Notes: a model not told the origin generated them from the sequence alone. A stretch of DNA of 64,000 nucleotides from the human T2T-CHM13v2.0 reference genome, Homo sapiens (GCF_009914755.1 NC_060935.1), one strand, 5' to 3'. Shown: positions 33,498-51,520, counted from the first letter of the stretch. Translations and numbers: made by a program.

Positions 33498-34125
33498 AAA
33501 GTTGTTGTGAAGATTAACTGAGACTGTGGACGAGTGGTTTTGCTCGTAAACATCTAATGAGCTATTTCTATTGTTCCCCTGTGGTGTCTTCTCTTCTTAA
33601 AGACGGCAACATTTGACAGTGAATCTACCTATGTAGGCAGAGTTGAGAATGTTCAATTTAGAATCAGCAACTGCTAATTCTAAACTTTACTACACTTAAT
33701 TAAACAAGTAGATAGAAGTTACATATCTGTCATTCAAGAAACCACCTTTAACATATGTTGCACTTCTCCTTAATATTCTTAAACTTTTGTTAGTATTCTC
33801 ATTCTCACAGCAATCTAGAAAGTAGTCAACAAATATTTCTAATATCTTTGTAAAGAAAAACGGAAGGGTTCATGACCAGCCTGGGCAACACAGTGAGATG
33901 CCGTCTCTAAAAAAAATAAAATAAAATAAAAATAAAGAAAAGGGAAGGGAGGTGATTTACTTAGAGTCACACAGAAACTAATGAACAGGATTAATGATTA
34001 TGTAAACTATTTTTTAAACAAGCATTCTAGCCCACATATTATACATTTGTTGGGACAGTCTAAGTGTATGCACCTAGAAAATGGTCCAAAGCAGAAACTT
34101 CCTTAGGCAAATACATCAATAGTCA

Positions 34126-34654
<529 letters not shown>

Positions 34655-37113
34655 TTACACATCATACAGCCTAAATGATAATGTCAATATAATTAGTTAA
34701 TGTTTTCAGGATGAGGCTGGAGCAGCATCCACTACCATCCAGTAGTTTGTGCAATAAAAATGTACTTAATAGTAAGTATTTGACTAATGCACCACAGATA
34801 AACAGCATTTCTATTACACGGCATGAAAAAAAGGTAAAGAGAGGAGATAAACTGACCTAAAACTATATCTGTGTGTTGGCAATAATACTTGTTTCACTAA
34901 AAATAATTAGTGGGAGTCTTTCATAAAATACATGTTAATTTCATGCATAGGAAAGAAAGCCCAAGTCCTTTCATCCCTATCTTAACCCAGCAAGTCAATC
35001 CATGTTCCCCCACCAAAAAGCAACAGGACATTCGGGACCAGCAAAAGGTACACTACCCAGAGCAACTGACCAGTTACAAGAATGGCCTTAGCAAAGCTCC
35101 CAATTCCACTGTCATGGATGCAACGTGAACTGACATATGACCGAATGCCTGAATAAACTGCTGAGGATCACCAAAAAGCAAAATCTACTCTGGGAAACTC
35201 TTGGCCACCACCCCCACTCCTGCTTTTCTTTTGAGTCAAGATCTCCAAACCACACAAGTATCTCTAGCAGAATGATTCTGTTATCCGTGGCACACAGCCA
35301 ACATTTCATTTAGAAACACTCCTAAACTGAACACTCCAGTAGAAATCACTCTTCATGTTGACTTCCATGGACCTGTGACAATCTTTCATAAGCAGGGACA
35401 CTTTTGCCAGATTAAATTAACTCTTCAAGCACCCTTAATCCCTTGTGGAAACATCTCTTCAGACTGTCTCCACTGTTTCTTAGGAACTCAAGTATACCCC
35501 CAACTGATTTAAGAATTAATTAAAGGGGGAGAAAAAAAGCAAAACAAAACCACACATGCAAGTTAAATCTACTTGGCTGAACAGGACCAATATCGCCAGA
35601 CTCCTTTCTAACTGAACACAGACAAAAATATTTCAATCTGAAAGTACAAGCCTCTTTTCAGGTCAACAGTACAAAACCCTTCACTTGTACAGACCCGCGT
35701 TTTTTAAGGAAGAAAATCTGCTTGTTTTAGGATCGTCTCTGAAAGGCTCAAAAGTGAGGAGTTCTACGCCCCATTTATAAATGTAAAAAGGACCCCCCAA
35801 AAGATGTTGACTCCAAAACTGGTTGAAAATGGAATAGATCTGTCTCTGAAATCCAAAGGCTTTCCAAAAAACTTCTTTTTTTGTAGTCTTGGGTCTTTCC
35901 CAACCCAGCCCTACACTCACCTACACTATAAATATTCTCTTGAATAATTACTACACTAGATTTGAAGTTTTCCTTTCATAGCGTTCATAAAAATGGCATT
36001 AAACTAGGCTTCTGATATGTTACTAAGAAGAGAAAAATAGTTAAAATGATACATATCTTGTTAGATTAATATTCCATTGTTATCGTTATTCTTCCACTGG
36101 CTAAAATTATAGGAAATATCAGCAAAGAGAAATAATTTTACTGATCATTGATGAATAAGACAACTAAGTACATCATTAGGTTTAAAACTGACCAACCAGC
36201 ATGTATCCTTTGATTAATAGGCAATTATTTTCCCAAAGGATATTTTAGAAAAGGTAAGGCTTTACCTCAGAGAGAAACCAAAACACAGACTTAAAGATCA
36301 GAATGACTGATATTTTACTTGGAATTGACTTAACTTTAGAAGATAAAAATATTCAACACCAAAACACAGGTGTGCTGGAAACATTTATAGTTTATCTAAA
36401 TGTGGAACCTAATTCAGAAAATAGGATAGCTTAATTGTCCTTCTCTTACTGTACTCTTTTACAATTTGACTTTTAATTTTATTTTCAAAAGTTTAAATTT
36501 TGGGTCAATTCACAAGTCATCTAAAACTTAAAAAAAAAAAACTTTAAGTACAAAGGATGAATACTTCTGTTCCTGTGATTTGGAGAACAGACCAATAGTT
36601 TCCAACTGCTACAAAAAGAATTTCAAATGCATAAACTTGAAAATATAGAATAAGCAAATTACACAGCATAGTGAAGTCCACTTAAACATCTAACTGCTCA
36701 GTATGTTACATTTATAAACAAGTGCTCTGTGAACCTAAGGCAAAACTCACATTTGCAGACACTACTACTAGATATAAAAGCTTCTTAATTTCCAACTTCC
36801 ATGCTCAATATGCATATTACAGAATTTTGTAAAAGCTCAAAGATTTGACTAGAGAATATAGTTGGAAAACTGTTTATTAGTGGATATTTCTAGAACATAG
36901 AACCAAGAAGGGTGATGATGATGAGAGAGAGAAAAACAGAGAGACAAAGACAGATACTCATTTTATTTACATGTCTTGTTTAGAACCATTTTATGGCAAA
37001 TATTTAGCCTCTGTCAAAAAATTCTTAAAATAAAATTCTGACGTCCCCACTGCCCTAAACCCAGTGAAATAAAAGGAAGACCTAGACAGGCCCCAAATGG
37101 AGGACAATCACTA

Positions 37114-37200
37114 TTAGGTTGGTGCAAAAGTAACTGCGGTCTTTGTCATTAAAAGTAATGGCAAAGACCGCAATTACTTTTTACTTTTGCACCAACCTAA
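37114..37200. mobile_element. MADE1 (Hsmar1-derived MITE)
   Basis: TIRs ttaggttggtgcaaaagtaa / ttacttttgcaccaacctaa, preceded by TA. Confidence 0.95.
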
Positions 37201-38221
37201 ATATTATCCTTCCATTTCTTTTTAAAAATAGGCTTTTTACTGGCATAAAGTATGCATACAGAAAAGTCTACATAACTGTACAGCTCAATGAATGTTCACA
37301 AGCTGGACATGCTCATGGTACCCATATCTAAGTCAACAAAGAGAACACAGGAAAGCCCCCCACCTCAAACATCCCCTTATGCCCCTTCCAGGCTCTGCTT
37401 TCCCATGAGACAGCTACTATCGTGAGTCCTAAGAGCACAGAATAGTTTTGGCACTAAAAGTTATGGCAGAAAAGAAACAATCATTCCCTCATTCAAAAAA
37501 TATTTATTGAGCACCTACTATGTGCTGAGCATTAAAAATTGGATCATAAATTTCTCATTATATTACAAAAGTCATTCCACTGGATAAATATGAAAAGGAC
37601 TGCTACAGTATTTTAAGAAATGTGATACAGCATAATGTAATTTATTATAACACAAACTATATGCAGTATTTCATGTCAAGAAGTCATATGGAAAATAACC
37701 TTGGCCTATGGCAATTTTCTGACATAATTCACTAGGACATTTCTTATTTCAAAGAATCAGAATCTTGGAGTGCAAAAAAGACCTTGGAAAAAGCCTTCCT
37801 CCCAAAGCAAGAATCCCTTCCAAGATGTCACTGAGAAGCGGGCATTCAGCTTCAATTGAGCACTTCCAACATTAGGGAGTTTACGACTTTGTGGGGGAAC
37901 CTATGCTAGAAATGCTACGTCAGAAAGTTCTTTCTTACGCTGCTTTCTTGCAACTTCCCCTCCCCCAATTGACTCAGCTCCTCTTCCACATAACAGTCCG
38001 TAAATACCTGAAGGTAGCTATCGTGTTGCTTCTGCTAGTCTTTTTCAACCTGAATATCGTTAGAGATTCCCTTGTTCTTTGTGGACTCCATTCATACATG
38101 AATTCAATACTGGCCACCTCACCACTGTAGGGGCTGGACATAGCAGTGGGAGAAAAGGTCCTATGCTCACAAGGGAGTTAACATCTAGTAGAGGAGACAG
38201 ACTTTAAGCAAATAGTTTCAA

Positions 38222-38294
38222 ACACACACACAGTCTCTGTCTCTCACACACACATGCGCGCGCGCGTGCACACACACACACACACACACACACA
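38222..38294. repeat. (CA)n/(GC)n alternating purine-pyrimidine tract
   Basis: cacacacatgcgcgcgcgcgtgcacacaca... Confidence 0.9.
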
Positions 38295-39123
38295 ACCACG
38301 TGCTTAAACTTTGATAACTGCTATGAAATAAACATAAAGGGTATGGTTAGAAACTACAGCAAGGTACCCTCTCATGCAAATGAGAGGAAGTCACCCGAGG
38401 GGAAGTTACGGGGAAGAGTTCACTCCCTGTAACTTGACTGTCAAACATTTTGAAAAGTGGGACAATTTTTCTGTGCACACAACTAGGTAAAGGCAACAGG
38501 AACTACCCTGTGCCAAGGTCCTGAGGCAAAAACGTCTCAGTGCACACAAGGAAACTGAAGGAAGTGCCAGAAAGGGAGAGATGCAAGAGACGTGGTGTAG
38601 GCAGGGGCCAGCCAGGTCAGGTGGGGCCTTCAGGCCATAGGCAAAATTGTGGATTCTATTTAAATGCAGTAAAAAAAAGCAGTTTCAACACTCTTCACCA
38701 TTTTAGCTGTTTTCTTTCTTTTCTACATGCATTCCAATTTCTCAGCATCTCTACAAGTGAGCAAGATGCTTAAGACATCATCTTTCTAGGACAGACTCCA
38801 GTGAAAATGAGTGAGATAATATTTTTTTAAAGTAGCTAGACATTATAATGGATTTTTATACTCAGGTCACTGTTCATTTAAATGAAACAGAAATCAAAAT
38901 TTTCTTTCAGATGAACTACTACTGATTAATCATATTTCCCCCAAATGTTTGTACAAGTTTCTGCAACCAGAATATAAGGTGCTGCATATATTAAGCGGGA
39001 AAAGGTGGCTTTCTTTGGGACAAATTCAACAGCAATAACACATACACCATTCCATTTTGTACTGTCTTAATTTGGGATGATGCATTTTATATTCATAAAC
39101 CTTCTTTCTCCAAAGCGCCTTTA

Positions 39124-39258
<135 letters not shown>

Positions 39259-39718
39259 CTAAAAAACAGAAGCAAAGACTTGTCAAAGAGAAAAATTAAC
39301 GTAACCTTCTCATTCATTAAGGTTTCTTTATCTACTTGGTCACATTTTTCTAGGTTCATTTTGCAAACATACTAATAATGGCCATTTTTAATTTACTTCA
39401 AAGGTATTAAAAGCATTTAGCTTATTGCGAGGTTAAACAGAAATAAGGCAGTACGTTTCCCTGGGTTCAAAAGCATAAAAGCACATTTGGTTCAAAATGA
39501 ATCATGATGGCAATTAAGTTAACAACATTTGGATAAGAGCCGAGGAAACAATAATTTTCCTTTTAACCCTGCCCCTCCTCAAAATATGTGCTCTTATTTA
39601 GACAAATATTGGTGCCCTTGCACTTCCCCTCAATTAAAAGTTCAAAATTTGCTGTTTACTGTATTGTGTCATGAGAATATTAAATTGATTGTTAACATGA
39701 CCAAACCACAAAATCTCA

Positions 39719-40039
<321 letters not shown>

Positions 40040-41027
40040 CTATACTAAAGTATCTAAAGCCTGTATGGTAAATAGATTTCAACCCAATTGACAATCTCAA
40101 TCAACTGGGAGTGGCTGCTCCGTGCATGGTGTTCAAGATCCCAAGACCTTCTTAGGAGTCACCAAGAAAGAGCACTGCAAAAGATTAATGACATCTCAGG
40201 GAAGAAGCAGGTAGAGAATAGGAAAGAGGACATTTGCTCCTTTCACCATCCTGTTCTAAGTCATACCCATCAATGACAGTATTAGTTGAACTATCTGTCC
40301 CCAAAACTAGGTTCTTTTCACTTTAAAAGAAACAACTGAAGCACGGTTTAATACGGTGAATACACTCATAAAGAGGCACTGTGTGGGCGGCCGCAGATGT
40401 CACTCTGGTTTCACTGCTAACAGTGTAAGAGTAAGAGGGAGCAGATTTAACTACTGTGGAAGGAATTGTTTGAATTAGATATTAGGAACTTTAAAAAATG
40501 TAGAGGACTGTGAATTTCTGAAAATCGGAACCTAAAGAATAAATTAAAATCCTAAAGCAAGTTTCCTGATAGCTCAAAAATAATTACTGAGCTTCTGAAG
40601 ACAGTGTTTTCAATCTATGGAATGTTTCTTAGCTTCAACCACATTTAAAACTGATGCTTCTCCCAACTATACCTACATGATCCTATGCTGCGCATGTTGC
40701 TTGTTTTGACAGCCACAGGCATTTGCTACTAACGTACATTTAAAAGTCCTGAAAAAAATTGCCATGAAACCTAAACGAATGAAAGTACAGAAAGTTTATT
40801 TATGCTTTTTGTCTTTTATGGTTTAATTTCTCTCATATAGCCTCAAGATTCTTGTGGGGAGGGGAGGGTTCCTCTGCTGAAACAAAACTTAAAGAACAAA
40901 CGCGTGTTCATCACTGACTCATGTCCATAACACTAAGCACTGAGTATTACAACCGTGCTGAAATTCAGCATCAGATCAAATAATTTTTGTCAAATAACAA
41001 GCAATTTTCCTCTTATTCAGTCACAGC

Positions 41028-41029
<2 letters not shown>

Positions 41030-41065
<36 letters not shown>
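41030..41065. repeat. (CA)n microsatellite
   Basis: Read directly. Confidence 0.95.
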
Positions 41066-41067
<2 letters not shown>

Positions 41068-41283
41068 GATGTACACCACAGTATTTCTAACTGTAAATAA
41101 ACAGAAATAATCTAAAGCCCAGAAATAAAGAATAGGTAAGTGGATTATGGTATATTTATTTATATGAAAGGTAAATCTCTACTAAAAGTTGAGTTTGTGA
41201 AGAATTTTTAATGATACTGGAAAACATATACGATAAAATATGGGGAATATTGGATAATAAAACAATATTTATGGCACGATCCT

Positions 41284-41668
<385 letters not shown>

Positions 41669-41748
41669 TTATTTTCACATTTTTATACAATAAGCGTGAA
41701 TACTTTAACAATTCGAAAAAAAATATAAGACTACTAAAAATATGCATC

Positions 41749-42000
41749 TGCCAGGTGTTATGGCTCACGCCTGTAATCCCAGCACTTCAGTAGGAGACCG
41801 AGGGCGGCAAATTGCATGAGCCCAGGAGTTCAAGACCAGCCTGGGCAACATGGCAAAACCCTGTCTGTACAAAAAACACAAAAATTAGCCAGGCACGGTG
41901 GTGAGTGCCTGTAGTCTCAGCTACTTGGGAGGCTGAGGTAAGCCATGATTATGCCACTGCACTCCAGCCTGGGCCAACAGAGTGAGACCCTGTCTCAAAA
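41749..42000 (+). mobile_element. AluJ-like with right-arm deletion
   Basis: Alu consensus missing the segment between ggctgaggt and agccatg. Confidence 0.9.
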
Positions 42001-42057
42001 TATATATGTATCTAAAGTTCACATCGATGGTAAAAGGAAACGTTTGAATATTACTAC

Positions 42058-42261
42058 CTGGTTCTAAACTACGAACTTCCACTGAAAGTTTGGAAGGAGG
42101 GATGTCTTCAGCTGCCACCAGCCAATTGCTGGTCCTCATCCGTTTATATTCGACTTTGAAGGCAGTGATTGGAGAACCCCCGTTTGCCCGAGGAATCCAA
42201 GTGACATAGACTGATGTCTCTGATGCAGTGGAGATGGTAGGCCGATCTGGTGCCTCTGGAA
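42058..42261 (-). CDS. CDON: CDON exon 12, FNIII-2 ([28 protein letters not shown]...RSLEP)
   Basis: gtttAG acceptor, G|GTAGTA donor, 204 nt. Confidence 0.97.
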
Positions 42262-43085
42262 CTAAACACGGAAACGTTCATTTCAATAACCCACCATGTC
42301 AGAGACAAGAATAACATAGTTAAATTAAAGGGATAAGTCCCAAACTTCATGTTATTAAAGGTTCTTCACCAAACTTTTTGCCAGAGTTTATAACATTTAC
42401 AGCAGTCTTCCTGTCCTCTGTGAAAATCTAATGGGAATACAGGAAATAAAGAGAAAGTAAAATGATCTATAAATTTGATAATTAGCTCTGAAAAACTGAA
42501 AGCTAACAAGTATGATCATTTTGACCATGCTATTCAGATTCATGGCTGAAATAAAATGTAAGTATTATTTGGTGCTTCAAGTTTGATTGTGGTTAAAATT
42601 TATAATAAATTTTCATAATTATGTGTTATCTTATTTAAATGTTTTTCTTCATCTATCCAAGCTACACAAAATGCACTCAGCAATCTACTAATTCTTATAC
42701 TATTACTATTCCATATTATCTTAATACACCTCAAGGCTATAGGAAGGTTACTCCAAAATACAGACTATAAGTGGCAAAGAGAGATAAAATCTGACTGATA
42801 AAATCAATACTGTTAATAAAGGGGAGAGAGAATGCTGCTCAGGATGAATACGGGAAGACAGGATATGTCATTAAACAAAAGTGCTAGCAGAAAACATGAT
42901 CCACGTGAACATGTAGAAAAGGGGGTCAGGGAGCTAGGGTCTAGCAGTTTTCACTTAGCACTGCCAAGGAAAGGGAATGCCCTAACACACCAGGTAGATG
43001 GTCTAGACTCTGCAGGAGGTGAAAACATGAGGAGTAAGCTCATCAGCCATTGAAACCATGTATCTAACTCTTCTTGATGACCAAG

Positions 43086-43489
43086 TGATATGGCTTGGAT
43101 ACTTATTCCCTCCAAATCTCATGTTGAAAAGTGATCCCCAATGTTGGAGGTGGGGCCTGGTGAGAGGTGTCTGTGTCATGGGGGTGGTTCCCTCATGATG
43201 GCCTGGTGTCCTCCCCATGGTAGTAAGCAAGTTCTCGCTCTGTTGATTCACACGAGAGCTGGTGATTTAAAAGCATGTGGCGTCTCTCTTGCTTCCTTTC
43301 CCACCATGTGATGTGCCTGCTCTCGCTTCACCTCCCACCGTGACTGTAACCTGAGGCCTCACTGGAAGCCAAGTGATGCTGGTGCCATGCCTGCATAGCC
43401 TTTAGAACCATGAGCCAAATAAACCTCTTTTCTTTATAAATTACCCAGCCTCACGTATTCCTTTATAGCAACACAAACAGGCTAACACA
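43086..43489 (+). mobile_element. MST (MaLR) solo LTR
   Basis: TG...CA termini, ccctccaaatctcatgttgaa, aataaacctcttttctttataaattaccc; TSD ccaag/acaag. Confidence 0.9.
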
Positions 43490-44950
43490 ACAAGCAATCT
43501 TGTGGTTGTAACTGGCTTCCCACTTGGTTCCTACAAGGAAAGAATGCTGACAGAAATAATCCGGTCTGTATGACAGTGACATTGCAAATTTGTAATTGCC
43601 ATTCTGCTTTGCCTTGATCATCTGTGAACTGGATAGACATGAGCCGGTTTTTGAGAGACCAGTGATCTTTTGGCATGCTGACAATCAAGTTTCTAGAGCT
43701 GGAATGTGGAGGGCCAACTCTGGGCCATGGTGACGCTAGTTACTTTGAGAAAGCCACTAGGGAGCCCCATCTCTAGCCCATGCCATGCTCCTCAATTGAG
43801 CAACACCCTTCCACCTCAACATGTCTTCAACCCACCATACAAATACATAAGAAAGAAGAAAATAAAGTTGAATGTGGTATTTGTATGGAGAAAACTGTAG
43901 CATTTAAAAAAAATAAATTGCTTAAGGGATAAAAGAGGAATGTATTCAAAGCAGGCAATGCTGAGTGATACTTACTGTATTCCTTTCAAGTTAGAAAGCA
44001 ATGAAAACAGAATGAATAGTATGGTTAGTGAATCTTTTTTAATACTAGAAAAACCAAACAACTTCCTTATGTTGATTCGTCTGAAATCAAAACTCACCAA
44101 ACACCACAGTTCAAATAGGAAAAAGAAAGTTATTGGGGAAAATGTCTGCACGGAAAATAATACCTTCCATATCTAAAAGAAATAGCATGTGACTGTTAAC
44201 AAGGTAGAAAAGAAAGACGGCACTGGAGTTAGAAGCGGACTTGGGTAGCAAGCCGTTTCTCCACTTTCTGGACGATCTGAGGCATCGTGCATGGTTAACC
44301 TCCTCATGTGTCAGTTTCCTAATCTGTAAAACAGATGTGGAAATCTGTTCCTCATTAGGTTGTTTTGAATATTAAATAAATCTTTTCTTGTGGTTATTTC
44401 TTCTTGGACAACTCCAAACTCATCATTTCCAAAACTGAATCCATAATCTTCACCTAAAAACTCTTACTACTTATCTTGGTAAATGGTCTTCTGGTGCCCA
44501 CACCCAATCCATCATCTTTCTCCTTCTCATTCAGTGTGGACTCCATTCCCTTAATCTCTCATACAGGTCCTCCCCTTCCTCCATCCACACTGTCACTCCC
44601 CTTATTTCTCTAGCCTTTTCTTTTGCTATTCCTCCCTTCTCCTTCTCTAACATCCTTTGGGGTTCACTATAGCTTTCAAGGAAAGATTCAACTTTGAAGC
44701 ATATCACACAAGGCATTCCCCACAGTAACCAGTCACACTAAATAAAATCTCTAACCTCTCAATCTCTAAACATAATAGAACATATCAGCCACTTGTCGAG
44801 ATGTCTTTGCTAGAAACTCTTTTGCTGTTTCATCTGTCTGTATCGTCGTTCTCCTTTGAAGCTTAGCTTACGATGCAGAGAAGCCTCTCTTATCTACTCA
44901 CCCTTGTCTACATTGAGTGACCGACTTAGATATTTCTCGTGAACCCATAA

Positions 44951-45356
<406 letters not shown>

Positions 45357-46040
45357 CCATGCTAGGCCTATATTGTAAACTTCTTAAAGGCAAGGATTAT
45401 TTTATCTTTGCTGTTCCAGCATTTTATACAGTATCTGCCAGAGGGTGTATAAAATAAATGGTAAGGTTTTTTTCAGACATTACTTTTATTCACATGAAAT
45501 TAATACTCATATACGTAATCTGCTTAAGGTAGCTGAAACGTGCCTCAAAGATAAGAGCACTCAAGTAAAAGAGATTCATGATATTGAAGATACAGAGGTG
45601 CTTCGGAGGGAGTTCAAAGTGTTATAACCTGCTTTTGTCTGACATCAATTCATGGAAAACTGTAAAAATATGGAAGAGAAGTCTGAAAATTCTCAGAGCT
45701 TAGCAATGAAATTTTAAGTCTTCCCTAGATGTCCTGCCTGATGTTTTAGGACAATCACAAAAAGCACACCTGGCTGTAAGTGTAGTGCTCATATAAGTGT
45801 GAAATTGAAATACTAAAAAAGTCTTTTGAAAATTATACAGCTAAGACCTTTAAAAACCATAAGATTAACTAGATATAGCAAAAAATAAAAATAAAAAGTA
45901 ACATGTAATCCTTCAGTAAAATAACTTACCACAGGTACCACTATACATTTTGATGAGTCACACACATGAAAAGTGAGATTTTCAGAGTTCAAAATATAAA
46001 TGTCCTTCTCTTACCAGAGAAGAAACAGAAAACTCCTTCC

Positions 46041-46318
46041 TTTTTCTTTTTTTTTTTTTTGAGGTCTCACTCTGTCATCCAGGCTGGAGTGCGGTGGTGT
46101 GATCTCAGCTCACTACAACATCTTCCTCTCAGACTCAAGCGATCCTCCCACCTTGGCCTCCTGAGTAGCTGAGACTACAGGTGTGTGCCACCACACCCAG
46201 CTAATTTTTTTGAATTTTTAGTAGAGACAGGGTCTCCCCCTCTGTTGCCCAGGCTGGTCTCAAACTCCTAGTCTCAAGTGATCTGCCCACCTCAGCCTCC
46301 CACAGTGCCTAGCCACAA
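46041..46318 (-). mobile_element. AluJ
   Basis: Reverse AluJ with 5' end partly deleted. Confidence 0.92.
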
Positions 46319-46527
46319 AACTCCTTTCTTGAGTTCTAAAAACTTAGTACCAGAACATTTTGAGTCAGAGTTAATGAAGTTAAGTACTAATCATGATACT
46401 GAGATGCTAAAGTTTAAATATAGGACATTAAAATTGTTGAAATAGAACCTAAAAGAACTGTATGGTAAGATATGAAAATAAACAAACACCCTATTCCACC
46501 CCACCTCCCAAAATCTGAAGCAGGTCA

Positions 46528-46800
<273 letters not shown>

Positions 46801-48387
46801 TTATGAACTTATCAGACACAGCATCTAAATGTAAGACCTACTTCATAAATACTTAGCTGATCTGAGGAACTGACCAAAAATTACTTTGTTTTTTTCTAGT
46901 ATCTTTAAAGTAAACCTAAATGTCTTTCTTCATTCTAACTTTACGTATGCAAAAAAATAGGTGAAAAAGCCAAATGACTAAGTGTTCAAACTATTAGTCC
47001 ATTTTTCTTTTTACTGTATATATTTCTTAATTCTAAGCTATAAAACTCACCATTAAAGAGCTTCTGCTAAGTTTTCTAAGGAAAAGCCTCACATTGTTTT
47101 AATATTTCAAGAGGCAAAAAGTGAAATTGATTTGTTAAAAACTGAAATGCATGATTACTCAGTATTTATAGGTCAGACTCCATGAACACCTAATGACTGA
47201 TTATGAAAATGAACTCAAGATACATTTAAGATAGAAAGTACTCGTTATTTTTCTGGCCAGACTTAGTAATTAGATGAAAGGGTCTTTTTCAAAAGCCACT
47301 AGTTGGTTTCTTCTCAATCTTCATACCTCCTTTTCGTTACAGTGCCATACTAAAATACTCTTCCACCCAGTTCCCTTCTCTACCCACTAACGTCTCTTTG
47401 TTCATTTACAGCCAAGCCACGATGGCATCTTTTTTATCAAGCCTTCCCTCACAAGCCGCCCTGCAGAAAGAATATCCTTCCTCTGTGCTTCCCCAGCACT
47501 GTCCTTGGAAATCTCCTGTGGTACTTGGCATATTCTGGTCTCTTTGCCTACAATCCTGCCCACCTCCACACTATCCAGACTCCAGCCAGCTCAAATGTTC
47601 CAGCTCTTCTCAGCTCACTCAGAGGTAAAATCAAAGTCGTCCCAAGGTGGATGGTGTGCTGTGTGATGTGGACACCCCGTTGTTCCCTGGGATCTCTCCC
47701 CTACAGCCTCCTCACCCACGTTGCTCCCATCACAGCAGCCCCATCGTGTTCCTAGTGAACACCATGTACACCCAACCTTGGGCCCTGGCACTTGCCATCT
47801 CTGCTGGGAATGTTCTTTCTCTAGGGAGACACGTGGCTTTCTACTTCCCCTCCTTCATGTCTCTGCTCCGATGTCGACCGCTCATTGAGGACTTTTCTGG
47901 CCACCTGCTTAAACTGTTAACAACTCCTACCCCATATACTTCCTGTATCCACCCCCTAACTTATATCTCTGTTAACACCTTCTAATGTACTTATAACTTA
48001 CGTGTAAGTCTCTCTCAACTAGAATGTAAGCTCTGCAAGGCCACAAGTTTTGTCTATTTTGCTTCTTGCCTAACATGTAAAAGGCATTCAATAAATATTA
48101 GCTGAACTGAATACTGTCTTGTAGTTGGTATTAAGTTACACATCTTAGCTTTCTTATCAAAGTATAAGCTCTGTCGGGATGGATCTCATTTTGACCATCT
48201 TCATTTTCCCTATATCATCTATCCTCATTGCCTTGTATAACATAAGCTTTCAAAAACATCTGTGGAATATTCTATAGAATAGGACAATACAATCACGTAA
48301 ATGTGACCCCAAAATGGAAGGGGGAGGCTATAATAGGGTCGTTTAGTGAATTTACATATAGGAATTTCTACTATCCAAAAGAATTCT

Positions 48388-48680
<293 letters not shown>

Positions 48681-48745
48681 TTAATAATTCTCACTAATAA
48701 ATTGACATCAGGGCAGCCAGCTCATTCCTCCAAAGGAAGCCCTCA

Positions 48746-48997
<252 letters not shown>

Positions 48998-49862
48998 TCA
49001 AAACTAGGATTCATTTAATTCTAGAAGAGTTTTAAGAAGTAATACAGCATGGTAAGTAAAAAAGACACAATACTTCTTCATATTAAGAAATAGAAGATCT
49101 GCTGCAAGAACCCTGCAATTCTCACTGTAGAAAGACTCCTGGCTCTGCATCTGACCACTAATGTGTGGCCTCAAGCAAGTTACTGCCCTCCCAGACTCTG
49201 TTTCCTTTACTTGTAATGGAAACAATGCCTTCTTTCTTCCTGGGCTAATGAAGAATAAAATAAGTATAAAATAATAGGTATCATTGGTAATTATATAATA
49301 CACATAATAGATACATGGTAAATTAAGACAATATTATGTTATATGTATATGAATTATATAATTATGTATATTTCCAGCATTCTTGCTTCATGTCTTGACA
49401 CTGTTCAATATGTGTTAGAGGAAATAAAAAGATCTAATCAGTTGTTTCTTGATTAATGGAACCAAGAAACAATATTGCATGGAGGTATTAGGGTAGATGA
49501 GATTACTAGCAAAACTTCTTTATCTAGAATCATTCATCAGGTTGGAAATAGTACATAAACCTTAAAATATCATCATATTAAAATATCATCATGTTATTTT
49601 TCCTAGTCATTAAAAACATTACCATTCAACAATGTATACTAAAATTTCTTGGACAAAGAAAATGATTTTAAATATGGAATGCATCCCTCCCATTTCATTC
49701 ATGTACTGGTCTCATTAAACAGAGAGGAGCTTTTCCATTCTGCTCCAACACAAGCCCATGGGGAAAATGATATTTGAAGAGTTAACTGAGAGAGGCCCAA
49801 GGTTTACCACCAAAAATGACCTAACAATGTATGACTTTAATACAATTAAAAAGGCAACTTGA

Positions 49863-50238
<376 letters not shown>

Positions 50239-50536
50239 CTACATAAATGGTATTCTACTACCTTAGAGAGGGAAGGAATTTGTGTTTTAAAAGTGGTTAT
50301 AGAGCTTTATGTTGAAGGGCTAAAACATTTGAATACACATGTAAAGACATCATTGGGTTCCTAGAATTCCAATTTGGGGGGAAATTATACTTCATTCTCA
50401 GTGCTTTCCTAGGATTGGTAAATCCAGCATGACTGGGATCTCTCTGACAAACTCATCAGTCTGGAAGACTCTTGTTCTGTTTCCTGCCATTCTACAAATG
50501 AAAAGGCAACAGTATATGTTATACAAAGAACGTTCA

Positions 50537-51019
<483 letters not shown>

Positions 51020-51202
51020 TCATGGAAATGTTTAACCTCTAATTGCAATCTTTTCTCATGGTGGAGCAAATGAATTACTTGAAAAACCAATTATATGATG
51101 CAATAGTGTAGCAGTTAAACGTTCTTATTTTTTCCTTGTTCTCTAAGAGTATTCTTTTTAGTAATAATCATTTGCCAGTTTAACCTCAGAAGATTTCAAG
51201 TT

Positions 51203-51520
51203 GGCCAGGCATGGTGGCTGACACCTGTAATCCCAGAACTTTGGGAGGCCGAGGCAGGGGAATCACTTGAGCCCAGCAGTTCAAGACCAGCCTGGGCAAC
51301 ATGGTGAAACCCCATCTCTACAAAAAACACCAAAATTACCCAGGCGTGGTGGCGCATACCTGTAGTCCCAGCTACTTGGGAGGCTGAGGTGGGAGGATCA
51401 CCTGAGCCTGGGAAGGTTGAGGCTGCAGTGAGCCATGATCGTGCCACTGCACTCCAGCCTGGGCAACAGGCCAGCTAACTTCTACCCAAGGGGATCCTGC
51501 AACTACACCTCTCAAAAAAA
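51203..51520 (+). mobile_element. AluJ with a ~40-bp foreign segment just before the tail
   Basis: Alu consensus to gggcaacag, then non-Alu 51470-51510, then ctcaaaaaaa. Confidence 0.92.
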
